Origin: Devosia sp.
GTDB taxonomy: Bacteria > Pseudomonadota > Alphaproteobacteria > Rhizobiales > Devosiaceae
Assembly: GCA_039918675.1 (NCBI GenBank)
Contig: JBDSHC010000088.1
Span: 3,790 to 67,789, forward strand
Direction of reading: 5' to 3'
Length of the DNA: 64,000 bases
Position 1 is the first letter of the stretch. The number at the start of each line of letters is the position of its first letter. Shown here one piece after another: positions 40,043 to 49,761 of the stretch. The position numbers and the translations under genes were made by a program. The notes under the pieces are model-generated. The model was given only the letters and a program-made list of their open reading frames with translations, made no database searches and was not told the origin of the DNA.

Positions 40043-41782
40043 GTGAATAGCTTTACGCGCCTCGTCGCTGCCTCCGGGCTCGCCGGCTTCTGTCTTGTCG
40101 CGCTGCCCGTGGCGGCCGAGGACTTCGCGGCCCCGCGCGCCCCCAGCGTCACGGGGAGTTATCTGGCCGGCCAGGAAGCGATGAACCAGCTCCGCACGCC
40201 GGACGCTGCACGCTATTTCCACGACGCTGCGACTGACGCCTGGGACAATCCGCTCGTGCTGCAGCGGGCCTTCGTCGCTTTCGCCGCCAATGGCGAGATC
40301 GAGCAATCAGCCGACACCGCTCGGCACCTTCTGGCCATCCAGCCCGACAATCCGCTGGCGCAGCTGGTCCTCGGCACTGAAGCGGTCAAGAACCGGCGCT
40401 ACGCCGCGGCGGCCCGCGACCTCGACAAGCTCGGCGCCGACAGCTTCGAAGGCATCACGGGCTCGATCCTCCGCGCCTGGGCACTGACCGGTGATGGCGA
40501 CGTCAAGAAGGCCTTCGCCTCGCTCGACAAGGTCGCGAGTGGCGGGCTCGAAGAGTTTCTCGTTTTCCACCGCGCCATCATGGCCGATGTCGCCGGCCAG
40601 TCCGCCGAAGCCATCGGCTACATCTCCGAAGCGCTCGACGCCGATCCCTACACGGCCGATATCGTCGAAGCCTATGCGCGCATCCTCGGCAATGCTGGCC
40701 GCTTCGACGAAGCGCTGAAGGCCATCACCGCCTTCGAGGCACAGGGCCTTGCGCACCCGGTCATCACCAAAATCAAGGAACAGCTGACCAACAAGCAGCG
40801 CCCTGGACTGTTCGCCGACAGCGTCCAGGCCGGCGCCGCAGAAATGTTCCACAGCGTCGGGATGGCCTTCGCCCGCGAGGGCTCGGTGGATATGTCGCTG
40901 GTCCTGATGCGGCTGGCGCAATATCTCGACCCCAAGAACGACACGGTGACGCTCGTCATCGGCCAGCTCTATGACGGTGCGGGCCAGCACGAGATCGCCA
41001 ACAGCCTCTACGATGCAATCCCCGCGGCCTCGCTGCTGAAGCCCATGGCCATCGTTCGCGTCGCTGACAATCTCGACGCGATGGGCGATCGTCCCGAAGC
41101 CATTCGCCGTCTCGGTAATATCGTCAGCACCAACCCCACCGATATCGACGCGATCTCGGTGCTTGGCGATCTGCTGCGCTCCGACAAGCAGTTTTCTGCG
41201 GCTGCCGATGCTTACACCAAGGCGCTCGCGATCAGCGGCGGCAACACTCCGGGCGATTGGCGCTTCTATTATGTGCGCGGCATCGCCTATGAGCGCGCCG
41301 ACGAATTCCCGAAAGCCGAGGCCGACTTTCTCAAGGCGCTGGCCCTCAATCCCGGCCAGCCGCAGGTCCTCAATTATCTGGGCTACAGCTGGGTCGATAA
41401 AGGCCTCAACCTCGACCGCGCTCTCGACATGATCAAGAAGGCCGTAGAGGCTTCGCCTAATGACGGCTACATCATCGACAGCCTCGGCTGGGCCTATTTC
41501 CGTCTCGGCCGTTTCGACGAAGCCGTCGAAAAGCTCGAACAGGCGGCGATCCTTCGCCCCAACGATCCCGAGATCAACGATCATTTGGGCGACGCCTACT
41601 GGCGCGTGGGCCGCAAGCTCGAGGCGAAGTTCCAGTGGAACGTCGCTTCAGCCGTCGATGTTGAAGGCAATGTCAAAGCGCGCGTCCAGCCCAAGCTCAC
41701 TGGCGGTCTCGACGCCGCGCCGGTCACCGAGGATTCAAAGCCCATCCAGCTGGCGCCCGGCGACCAGGCCGCGGTTCAGTAA
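40043..41782 (+). CDS. Exported tetratricopeptide repeat protein
   Basis: Signal peptide; TPRs with LNYLGYSW, DSLGWAY and DHLGDAYW; usual position before ispE. Start GTG 40043 inferred. Confidence 0.9.
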   Translation: MNSFTRLVAASGLAGFCLVALPVAAEDFAAPRAPSVTGSYLAGQEAMNQLRTPDAARYFHDAATDAWDNPLVLQRAFVAFAANGEIEQSADTARHLLAIQPDNPLAQLVLGTEAVKNRRYAAAARDLDKLGADSFEGITGSILRAWALTGDGDVKKAFASLDKVASGGLEEFLVFHRAIMADVAGQSAEAIGYISEALDADPYTADIVEAYARILGNAGRFDEALKAITAFEAQGLAHPVITKIKEQLTNKQRPGLFADSVQAGAAEMFHSVGMAFAREGSVDMSLVLMRLAQYLDPKNDTVTLVIGQLYDGAGQHEIANSLYDAIPAASLLKPMAIVRVADNLDAMGDRPEAIRRLGNIVSTNPTDIDAISVLGDLLRSDKQFSAAADAYTKALAISGGNTPGDWRFYYVRGIAYERADEFPKAEADFLKALALNPGQPQVLNYLGYSWVDKGLNLDRALDMIKKAVEASPNDGYIIDSLGWAYFRLGRFDEAVEKLEQAAILRPNDPEINDHLGDAYWRVGRKLEAKFQWNVASAVDVEGNVKARVQPKLTGGLDAAPVTEDSKPIQLAPGDQAAVQ

Positions 41783-41784
41783 TC

Positions 41785-42669
41785 TTGCCCGATAGCATAG
41801 CGGGCCTGCTGGAAGCGGCGCCCGCCAAAATCAATCTCGCTTTGCATGTCACCGGCCGCCGTGCCGATGGCTATCACTCGCTCGAAATGCTTGTCGCCTT
41901 CGCCGATGTGTCCGACGAGCTGGAAGTAATCGCGGCCAAGAAGGACAGCCTGACGATCAGCGGTCCGTTCGCACGCGCTCTCGGCACCGCCGACGGCAAC
42001 CTCGTGCTGCGTGCGCTGGCAGCCTTCCGCCAGCGCTGGCCCGGCGTGCTGCCCGATGGTCTAGAGATACGGCTCAGCAAGAATCTGCCAGTCGCAGCTG
42101 GGTTGGGTGGCGGCTCGGCCGACGCCGCCGCAGCGCTTCGGCTGTTCTCGTCGCTGAGTTCTGAGCCTATCGCCTTTGCCGATCTACTCGAGATTGCCAA
42201 GGTCCTCGGCGCCGACGTGCCGATGTGTCTCTACTCACGGCCGGCGGAGGTGCGCGGGATCGGCGAGATCGTGCTGCCGCTCAAGCACTTCCCCGATTGC
42301 CACATCGTGCTGATCAATCCGCTATTGCCGGTGATCACCGCCGATGTCTTCCGCAAGCTCGAGCGCCACGACAATCCGGGACTGCCGGAGCTCTCCGACC
42401 CGCTGACCCGCCCGGCCCAGCTCGCGCTGTGGCTCAGTGAAACCCGCAACGACCTCGAACCACCAGCAATCGCCATGGTGCCGGTGATCGGCGATCTGAT
42501 CGCCCGCCTCGGCCAGTCGAGCGGATGCATCCTTGCGCGCATGTCGGGGTCCGGGGCTACGGTGTTCGGGCTCTTCGGCTCAAGCGCTAAAGCGCATCAG
42601 GCAGCGCACGATCTGCGCGAAATCTGGCCGGGCTACTGGGTCGCGGCCGCGCCGCTGATTGGGGCTTAG
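41785..42669 (+). CDS. ispE: 4-diphosphocytidyl-2-C-methyl-D-erythritol kinase
   Basis: APAKINLALH, KNLPVAAGLGGGSADAAA, GADVP and RMSGSG. Confidence 0.98.
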   Translation: MPDSIAGLLEAAPAKINLALHVTGRRADGYHSLEMLVAFADVSDELEVIAAKKDSLTISGPFARALGTADGNLVLRALAAFRQRWPGVLPDGLEIRLSKNLPVAAGLGGGSADAAAALRLFSSLSSEPIAFADLLEIAKVLGADVPMCLYSRPAEVRGIGEIVLPLKHFPDCHIVLINPLLPVITADVFRKLERHDNPGLPELSDPLTRPAQLALWLSETRNDLEPPAIAMVPVIGDLIARLGQSSGCILARMSGSGATVFGLFGSSAKAHQAAHDLREIWPGYWVAAAPLIGA

Positions 42670-43682
42670 TAGGCGCGGCTGACGTAGAACTCGGCGATGT
42701 CGCTGAGGATCGTTTTCATTTCGCTGTCGCGGAGAGGGGCCAATGCGGCACGCGCCTTGCGCACATGCTCGTGGGCCTGCTCGACGGTTCGTCCCAAGGC
42801 ATTGTGGCGGTTCATGATCGCCACGATCTGGCCGAGCGCGGTGTCGGGTGCGTCGGGTTTGCCGAGTGAGGCGGTGATGATCTCGCGCTCGGCTGGGTTG
42901 GCATCGGCAAGGGTCAGGATCACCGGAAGGGTCATTTTGCCTTCGCGGAGATCGTCGCCGGTGTTCTTGCCCATAGCGCCGCTTTCGCCGCGATAGTCGA
43001 GCACATCGTCCACCAGCTGGAAGGCAAGTCCGAGCTCGAGGCCGTAGTCGCCCATGGCCTGACGGCCAGCCGCGTCGGCACCGCCGGCCATGGCACCCAC
43101 TTCGGCGGCCGCCTGGAACAGCGTTGCAGTCTTGGCGCGGATCACCTGATCGTAGTCAGCAGGTGTGGCCTCGAGGTCGCCAGCCTTCGACAGCTGAAAG
43201 ACTTCGCCTTCTGCGATGATCGTTGCGGCTTTGGCGAGGACGCCGAGCGCGTCGAGCTTGCCGGTCTCGACCATCATCAGGAAGGCCTGGCCGAGGAGGA
43301 AATCACCCACCAGCACGCTCGCCTGATTGCCCCAGATCATACGCGCCGCCGGCCGACCGCGGCGCATGTCGCTCTCATCGACGACATCGTCGTGGAGGAG
43401 GGTGGCGTTGTGCATGAATTCGACAGCTGCGGCGTAGTTGGTCTGGGCGCCGGTTGGGTGCTCGAAGGCAAGCGCCGAAGCCACGGTCAACATCGGCCGC
43501 AGGCGCTTGCCGCCGGCTTCGATGAGGTAGCGCGCCAGCTGCGGCACCATCTCGACATGCGAATCGGCGCGGCTGAGGATCAGCGCGTTGACCTTCTCCA
43601 TTTCGCCGAGCGTCGCCGCAAGCAGCCGGTCGAGGGCGCCAAGTCCCGCCTGTTCCGTCGTTGCTGCTGCCAAAACCGTCAT
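42666..43682 (-). CDS. ispB: Polyprenyl diphosphate synthase (IspB-like)
   Basis: GGKRLRP, FARM LLHDDVVD, RRG and SARM FQLVDD; start ATG 43682. Confidence 0.93.
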   Translation of the reverse strand: MTVLAAATTEQAGLGALDRLLAATLGEMEKVNALILSRADSHVEMVPQLARYLIEAGGKRLRPMLTVASALAFEHPTGAQTNYAAAVEFMHNATLLHDDVVDESDMRRGRPAARMIWGNQASVLVGDFLLGQAFLMMVETGKLDALGVLAKAATIIAEGEVFQLSKAGDLEATPADYDQVIRAKTATLFQAAAEVGAMAGGADAAGRQAMGDYGLELGLAFQLVDDVLDYRGESGAMGKNTGDDLREGKMTLPVILTLADANPAEREIITASLGKPDAPDTALGQIVAIMNRHNALGRTVEQAHEHVRKARAALAPLRDSEMKTILSDIAEFYVSRAY

Positions 43683-43752
43683 CAACCTGTCCGCGACATT
43701 GAGACTTGCCCGCAAAACTCTATGATCGCCGCGGAACCGGCCCCGATTTGCG

Positions 43753-44529
43753 ATGTCCCTAGCCCACGGCGCAGAAATTGTAAAACGCGAGGGTGTCACA
43801 CAGGACGCCTTTCTGGGCGGCCGGCTGGCCATTGCCCAGCCCGCCCGCGGCTTTCGGGCCGGTCTCGATTCGGTTCTGCTGGGCGCCGCGATCGATCCAT
43901 CGTGCGAAGCCTTGCTCGATCTGGGGGCAGGGGTGGGTACCGCCGCGCTGGTAGCGCTCGCGATGAACCCGGCGGCCTATGCGACTTTGCTCGAATCCGA
44001 CCCGGAAATGGCGGCGCTTGCGAGCGAAAACCTGATATCCAACGGTTTGGCGACGCGCGGCAAGGTGCTCACGCTCGATCTGACTGGGCCGGGGAAAGCC
44101 CGGGCCGAGGCTGGAATCGCCAGCGATCATTATGCCTCGATCATCGCCAATCCACCCTTCTTCGAAGCCGGGACGTCCCCCGCTGCAACCCGCGCTGCGG
44201 CGCGGCATATGTCAGCTGAAGCGCTCGATTCCTGGGTGAAAACCGCCGCCACCCATGCCGCGCCGGGCGGCGAGATCATCTTCATCCATGTCGCGGAGCG
44301 CCTCCCGGCGCTGCTCAAAAGCTTCGATTCCCGCTTCGGCGCCATCACCATTCTCCCGCTGACCCCGCGGGAGGGCGAACCGGCTCATCGTGTCCTGATC
44401 CGGGCCATCAAAGGCTCACGCGCGCCGCTGACGTTGCTCGCCACACGCGCCCTCCACACAATGACCGGACGCGATTTCCGCCCCGAATTCGAGGCGATCT
44501 TCCGCGGGCAGGACCGTCTGCACTGGTAA
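43753..44529 (+). CDS. tRNA1(Val) (adenine-37-N6)-methyltransferase-like protein
   Basis: QPARGFRAGLDSVLL, SAM motif LDLGAGVG and NPPF. Confidence 0.88.
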   Translation: MSLAHGAEIVKREGVTQDAFLGGRLAIAQPARGFRAGLDSVLLGAAIDPSCEALLDLGAGVGTAALVALAMNPAAYATLLESDPEMAALASENLISNGLATRGKVLTLDLTGPGKARAEAGIASDHYASIIANPPFFEAGTSPAATRAAARHMSAEALDSWVKTAATHAAPGGEIIFIHVAERLPALLKSFDSRFGAITILPLTPREGEPAHRVLIRAIKGSRAPLTLLATRALHTMTGRDFRPEFEAIFRGQDRLHW

Positions 44530-44571
44530 TGCCGTCACCCCGGCCCTACATCACGCGGCGTTGAGGAGCTT

Positions 44572-45396
44572 ATGCGAAAAATGACCCGACCCATCGGCTG
44601 GCTGGCCAGACCCTTCAGGCGGGGCGGCCCGGTGATTCCGGTGGTGCGACTGCACGGCGTGATCGCGGCTGACCAGCGCCCCGGCCGGATCAATATCCAG
44701 TCCGTCGGGCCGCTGCTGCATCGCGCCTTTGGCATGAAGGGCGACACCGTCGCGATCATCGTGAACTCGCCCGGCGGCTCACCGGTGCAGTCGCGGCTCG
44801 TCGCAAAACTCATCCGCGACCTCGCGGCCGAGCATGAAAAGCGTGTGCTGGTGTTCGTCGAGGATGCGGCGGCGTCGGGTGGCTACTTCATGGCCACCGC
44901 AGGAGACGAGATCATCGCCGATCCGTCCTCGATCGTCGGTTCCATCGGCGTCATCTTTGCGGGCTTTGGTTTTCCCAAGGCGCTCGAAAAGCTGGGCGTC
45001 GACCGGCGCGTCCACACCGCCGGCGCAAACAAATCCACGATGGACCCGTTCCTCCCCGAAAAGCCGGAGGACGTCGAGCGCATCAAGCAGATGGAGAGCG
45101 ACATCCATCAAGTGTTCATCGACTGGGTCAAATCGCGCCGTGCTGGCAAGCTGACTGCGCCCGACGACAAGCTCTTCACTGGCGAGTTCTGGAGCGGCGT
45201 GCGCGGGCTTGAGCTTGGACTGGTCGATGCGCTGGGCGATCTGCACGAAACGCTCCGTAGCCGCTTCGGCGCCAAGGTACGCGTCCGGATGATCGAGCCG
45301 AAGCGCGGGCTGTTTACGCTGCCGCGTATTGGGCTGGCAGCCGATCTGGCGGCGACCATCGAGGATCGCGCCGCGTGGTCGAGGTTCGGGCTGTGA
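44572..45396 (+). CDS. S49 family serine peptidase (SppA/SohB-like)
   Basis: VNSPGGSPVQS, AASGGY, GSIGV and LGLVD. Confidence 0.94.
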   Translation: MRKMTRPIGWLARPFRRGGPVIPVVRLHGVIAADQRPGRINIQSVGPLLHRAFGMKGDTVAIIVNSPGGSPVQSRLVAKLIRDLAAEHEKRVLVFVEDAAASGGYFMATAGDEIIADPSSIVGSIGVIFAGFGFPKALEKLGVDRRVHTAGANKSTMDPFLPEKPEDVERIKQMESDIHQVFIDWVKSRRAGKLTAPDDKLFTGEFWSGVRGLELGLVDALGDLHETLRSRFGAKVRVRMIEPKRGLFTLPRIGLAADLAATIEDRAAWSRFGL

Positions 45397-45608
45397 CCGC
45401 TCTCCTCGTCCGCATATTGGTCATCGCGCTCATCGGCGGCTTCATCTGGTTCGGGGTGCGCCGGATCTGGCGCGACTGGATCAAGCAGTTCAAAGCCGAA
45501 GACACAGCTATCCACGAGCGCGACCTGGCCGAGCGGGAACGGCCAGACGTCATTACGCTGGAGCGCGACAAGGACGGCACGTTCCGCCCGCCCGACGACA
45601 AGCCCTGA
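45393..45608 (+). CDS. Small single-TM hypothetical protein (71 aa)
   Basis: GTG overlaps the S49 stop; N-terminal hydrophobic helix, charged tail VITLERDKDGTFRP. Confidence 0.75.
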   Translation: MTALLVRILVIALIGGFIWFGVRRIWRDWIKQFKAEDTAIHERDLAERERPDVITLERDKDGTFRPPDDKP

Positions 45609-45675
45609 TGTCGCCATTGCGCAGGACAGACTCCGCACGCAGCAGACGCTAGTGTCGCCGCGGGGGAGGGCGTTC

Positions 45676-46650
45676 ATGTCCGATCAAGACGGCGACCGCG
45701 AAGCGATCATCGCGCTGATCCATCGCAATCGCATCGCCATTTGGACCCAGGATATCGACACCTGGGAGACGTGCTTCGTCCATACGCCCTACGCCGCACG
45801 CTGGGGCTATTGGCGACAGGGCGGAATCTTTTTCCGCCAGGGCTGGGACAATATCGTCGAACGCGCGCGAAGGCCTGACGGCACTGCGGGCAACCCGCCG
45901 GCCAATTTGAGCTACGCTCACGACACCAAGGTCGAGAATCTGAATTTGCAGATCAGCCAGGACATGGCGTGGGCCACCTTCGATCAAATCTATCCCGGCG
46001 ATATCGACGATCATGTGGGTCCGGGCCTCGTCCGCGAGATGCGGGTTTTCGAAAAGCACGATGGCGAATGGAAGATCGCCTTTCTCGGCTTCCTCGACGG
46101 CAATGCCGGGCCGGCAGGCGCGGTGATTCTGCGGCTCGATCCGTCGGGTCAGGTGCTCTGGCGAAGTCCCGCCGCGCCCGCAGCCTTTGCCGAGTCGGAC
46201 GACGTCGTGATTCGCGCCGGGCGCCTGCGCTTCCGCGACGCGGCCGTTGACCGCAAATTGCAGGATGCATTGCGCTGGGCGGCAGATCTCGACCGCGGCT
46301 ACATGTCGACCCATGGCGCGGTTCCGATCCTCGTCGAAGCAGGCGAAGGATTACCCACGCGCATCTACTGGGTCGTGGTCGATGCCGGCACGATCGTCTT
46401 CCAGTTCGGCAGTGCCGGCCTGAGCGAGGACCGGCTGCGCGTCGCGTCCGTGATCTATGGCCTGTCCCCGGCGCAGCAGCGCCTCGCCAGCCTCGTCGCT
46501 GAGAACAAGTCGCTCAACGAGATCGCGGCGGAGATGAAGATCACGGCCAATACTGCGCGCACCCACCTCAATCGCGTGTTCGAGAAAACCGGGGTGCGGA
46601 CACAGACCGCGCTTGTCCGCGTGCTGCTGTCAGCGGCATCGCCGGTCTGA
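45676..46650 (+). CDS. NTF2/SnoaL-like domain plus C-terminal LuxR-type HTH regulator
   Basis: N-terminus DREAIIAL...MAWATFDQ...VFEKHDGEWKI (NTF2 pattern); C-terminus LSPAQQRLA...SLNEIAAEMKITANTARTHLNRVFEKTGVRTQTALV. Confidence 0.82.
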   Translation: MSDQDGDREAIIALIHRNRIAIWTQDIDTWETCFVHTPYAARWGYWRQGGIFFRQGWDNIVERARRPDGTAGNPPANLSYAHDTKVENLNLQISQDMAWATFDQIYPGDIDDHVGPGLVREMRVFEKHDGEWKIAFLGFLDGNAGPAGAVILRLDPSGQVLWRSPAAPAAFAESDDVVIRAGRLRFRDAAVDRKLQDALRWAADLDRGYMSTHGAVPILVEAGEGLPTRIYWVVVDAGTIVFQFGSAGLSEDRLRVASVIYGLSPAQQRLASLVAENKSLNEIAAEMKITANTARTHLNRVFEKTGVRTQTALVRVLLSAASPV

Positions 46651-46748
46651 CGTCCCCATTTCGGGGGACACGCAGAAGTCGCCGTTTCGGCTGACAGAGG
46701 CATTGCGCGATCGAGCCCAGTCTCTCCATACCGACTGGAGAGAACGCC

Positions 46749-46928
46749 ATGAGCGCCATTTCAATTGCTACCGACCGCTCGGTCAGCATCACGATACCGT
46801 CGAGCCTAGCTCAGCTGTTCCGGCGTATCGCCGCTATGCAGCGCCTGCGCCGTTACCCAATGCGCCGCGGGCTCAATCGTGTGGCCGCCATGCGCTGGCT
46901 CGACATGTATGTCGAGCACCGCCGCTAG
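46749..46928 (+). CDS. Putative 59-aa small protein (not in the ORF track)
   Basis: GGAG RBS 8 nt upstream; MSAISIATDRSVSITIPSSLAQLFRRIAAMQRLRRYPMRRGLNRVAAMRWLDMYVEHRR; fills the gap between two genes. Confidence 0.55.
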   Translation: MSAISIATDRSVSITIPSSLAQLFRRIAAMQRLRRYPMRRGLNRVAAMRWLDMYVEHRR

Positions 46929-46929
46929 C

Positions 46930-49587
46930 TCAGCCCACGCGGCGGTTATCCTGCGGCATGTCGATGCGTGCGATGGTGGGAAACACGTCGCTTGCCGGAA
47001 CGGGGCGGCCGAGGAAGTAGCCCTGGACTTCGTCGCATCCGGCACGGACCCAGTCGAGCTGTTCCTGCGTTTCGACGCCCTCGGCGGTGACACGCATGCC
47101 CAGTGACTGGCCGAGCCCGACGATCGAGCGGACGATTGCCTGGCTTTCCTCGCTGCCCGGCAGGCCGCTGATGAACTGGCGGTCGATCTTGATCTTGCTG
47201 AAGGGGAAACGCTGCAGATAGCCCAGCGAGGAGAACCCCGTTCCAAAGTCGTCGAGCGCGATGCGGATGCCGAGGTCGCGCAACGCCCGCAGCATCACCA
47301 TGTTGGCGTTGCTGTCGCGCATCAGCACCGTCTCGGTGATCTCGAGTTCGAGCCGCGAAGCCGGCAGCCCGGTCTCTTCGAGGACGGACGAAACCATGCC
47401 CACGAGATCGTCGGTGCTGAACTGGCGGGCGGAGAGGTTGACCGCCACTGAGATGTGCTCGGGCCAGCTTGCCGCCTCGCGACAGGCCTGCCGCAATACC
47501 CATTCGCCGATGGCGACGATCTGGCCGCTTTCTTCGGCGACCGGGATGAATTGATCGGGCGAGACCGGCCCGCGCTTGGGATGGTGCCAGCGCAGCAGAG
47601 TTTCGAACCCGGCAACGCGGCCATTGTGCATATCGACCAGAGGCTGGAACACCAGCTTGAATTCGTTGCGCTCGAGGGCGTTGGCAAGATCGCTGCGCAG
47701 GGCCTGCTTCTGCAGCAGCTCGATCTGCATCGACGGCTCGAAGAACCGGAAGGCACCGCGCGCCTCGGTCTTGGCTGCGTAGAGGGCGATGTCGGCATCC
47801 TTGAACAGATCCCGGCGGCCTTCCTCGATTGACGAGACCGCGATACCGATGCTGGCGCCGACGCGCACCGAATGACCCGTGATCACATGCGGCGCGTTGG
47901 CCGTCTCGATCAGCCGCATAGCGATCATGGCGAGCTCGTTTTCGCCGTCATGGCTGGTGACGATCGCAGCGAACTCGTCGCCGCCAAGCCGGCCGATGGT
48001 GACATCCGCGCCAAGGCAGTCGCGCAGCCGGTTGGCCGTCCCCACCAGTAGGGCATCGCCTACCGGGTGGCCCAGCGTATCGTTCACTTCCTTGAAATGG
48101 TCGAGGTCGAGCAGCAGCACCGCGGTCGCGCTGCCCGTTGCTTCAGCTTCGGCCAGCCGCTTCTGGAACAGCGTGCGGTTGGCGAGACCCGTCAGCGGAT
48201 CGTGCAGCGCCAGATGCTCGATTTCGTCGCGCGCCCGCTTCTGCTCGGAAATGTCGCGGAAGAAAAGCGACAGGCCTTCCTCGGTCGGGTAGGCCTTGAT
48301 CCCAAGCCACAGCTGGCGATCTTCGACGAAGATATCGAATTCTTCCGGCTTGCCGGTTTCGATGGCGCGGAAATAGTGCGCGCCTTCGCCTGAGGTCATC
48401 GCGGCCGGGAACAGTTCCCACACGCTGATGCCGATGCGCAGCTTGTCGCGCTGATTGATCGTCTCTGCCGCATGCCGATTGAAGTAGATGACGTTCCAAA
48501 GCCTATCGAGCACCAGGACGCTGTCATGCGTGCTTTCGAGCACGGCGACGATCTGACGGCGGCTGCTGGCCAGATCCTCGCGGCTTCGCTCGACGTCGCG
48601 GCGCAGCCGCCGCTGCGTGCTGATGATCCAGTGTTCACGGAACCCTGCCACGAGGGCGAAGGCGACGGCGAGGAAGGCGGCCAGAACCGCATAAGGGCCT
48701 TCGCCCAGCACACCTGAAAACGCCGCAGCCAAGAGGATCGCGCCAACCGCAACCGCGGGAACCGTCGCCTGGGCAATGCCGCGATCAGCCCGTCGCGACA
48801 ATATCTGGACCTGGGGTGTCGCATCGGCGATCTGGCGGGCGGCGGCAATTTGTTCGATTGCGGACCAGACGATGAGCCCGGCCGAGATCACCCAAAGGAG
48901 CTGCGTGAGCCCGCCCATCTGGTACGTGCCATCGAGCAGCGACAGGGCGTACCGGAAATCGGCCGCCGCTTCCGCCGAAACGGCGAGCACCAGCAGCGCG
49001 AATGCGAAGCTCTTATTGCCGTGCACGTAAATAACCAGAGACACCGCGCCGAACGCCGCGACGCTGAACCACAAAGCCGGATAGAGAAACGCCACGGTCG
49101 TTGCGAAGGGCTGCAGCACCGAGCTCGAAATTGCGGGGTGGAGGATGAACAGGCTCGACAGCGCCACCGCGGCGTAGATCAGCCCGAAATTGTAGAACTG
49201 GATTGGCCCGACCCGGTTGCGCAACTGGCTCAGCTGCAGCATGCCGGCTGCGAAAAATCCCGCCATCAGGAAATACGCCGCCTCCGGCACCGACGGGAAG
49301 GCGGGCGCGTAACCGCTGAGGCCGAAAACCAGATAGCCCAGATTGCCGGCGAGGTAGAGCGCACAGCCAATCGTGAAGTTTCGCCAGGCGCGGCGGGCGC
49401 TGTCGGCACTCCGGCGCGAAGCGACCCAGCACAGAATCGCGCCAAGCAATGGACCGCCGATCTGCGCGATGGCAGCCCGTCCCATCAGCCCGGTTTCGTC
49501 CAGCTTGAACCAATTCGGCGCGAACCAGAACAAGGCCATGGCGACGCCAAAAATGCTGAATATCGCGGTCCGCTGCGCAATCGTCAT
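46930..49587 (-). CDS. Multi-TM sensor / PAS / GGDEF / EAL protein
   Basis: About 10 TMs, PAS, HDPLTGLAN, intact GGDEF, ETLLRW variant, DDFGTG and AEGVE. Confidence 0.93.
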   Translation of the reverse strand: MTIAQRTAIFSIFGVAMALFWFAPNWFKLDETGLMGRAAIAQIGGPLLGAILCWVASRRSADSARRAWRNFTIGCALYLAGNLGYLVFGLSGYAPAFPSVPEAAYFLMAGFFAAGMLQLSQLRNRVGPIQFYNFGLIYAAVALSSLFILHPAISSSVLQPFATTVAFLYPALWFSVAAFGAVSLVIYVHGNKSFAFALLVLAVSAEAAADFRYALSLLDGTYQMGGLTQLLWVISAGLIVWSAIEQIAAARQIADATPQVQILSRRADRGIAQATVPAVAVGAILLAAAFSGVLGEGPYAVLAAFLAVAFALVAGFREHWIISTQRRLRRDVERSREDLASSRRQIVAVLESTHDSVLVLDRLWNVIYFNRHAAETINQRDKLRIGISVWELFPAAMTSGEGAHYFRAIETGKPEEFDIFVEDRQLWLGIKAYPTEEGLSLFFRDISEQKRARDEIEHLALHDPLTGLANRTLFQKRLAEAEATGSATAVLLLDLDHFKEVNDTLGHPVGDALLVGTANRLRDCLGADVTIGRLGGDEFAAIVTSHDGENELAMIAMRLIETANAPHVITGHSVRVGASIGIAVSSIEEGRRDLFKDADIALYAAKTEARGAFRFFEPSMQIELLQKQALRSDLANALERNEFKLVFQPLVDMHNGRVAGFETLLRWHHPKRGPVSPDQFIPVAEESGQIVAIGEWVLRQACREAASWPEHISVAVNLSARQFSTDDLVGMVSSVLEETGLPASRLELEITETVLMRDSNANMVMLRALRDLGIRIALDDFGTGFSSLGYLQRFPFSKIKIDRQFISGLPGSEESQAIVRSIVGLGQSLGMRVTAEGVETQEQLDWVRAGCDEVQGYFLGRPVPASDVFPTIARIDMPQDNRRVG

Positions 49588-49705
49588 TGCGAACTACTCA
49601 ATTTTCCCAAATCCAATCCAAGAAAAATGCCGGAAAAACCTGCCCAAACCGATAAACCGCTTGGCGAAGATTGTATGAACGGCCGCGGCAGGAGCGCACT
49701 GCCAA

Positions 49706-49734
49706 TTGACCCTGCGCCCTGCCGCCACTAGGTT
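49706..49734 (+). promoter_or_regulatory. Sigma70-type promoter of glyQ
   Basis: TTGACC-17 nt-TAGGTT. Confidence 0.6.
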
Positions 49735-49761
49735 CCGCGCGCTTTCCACCGGACGTGCCAG

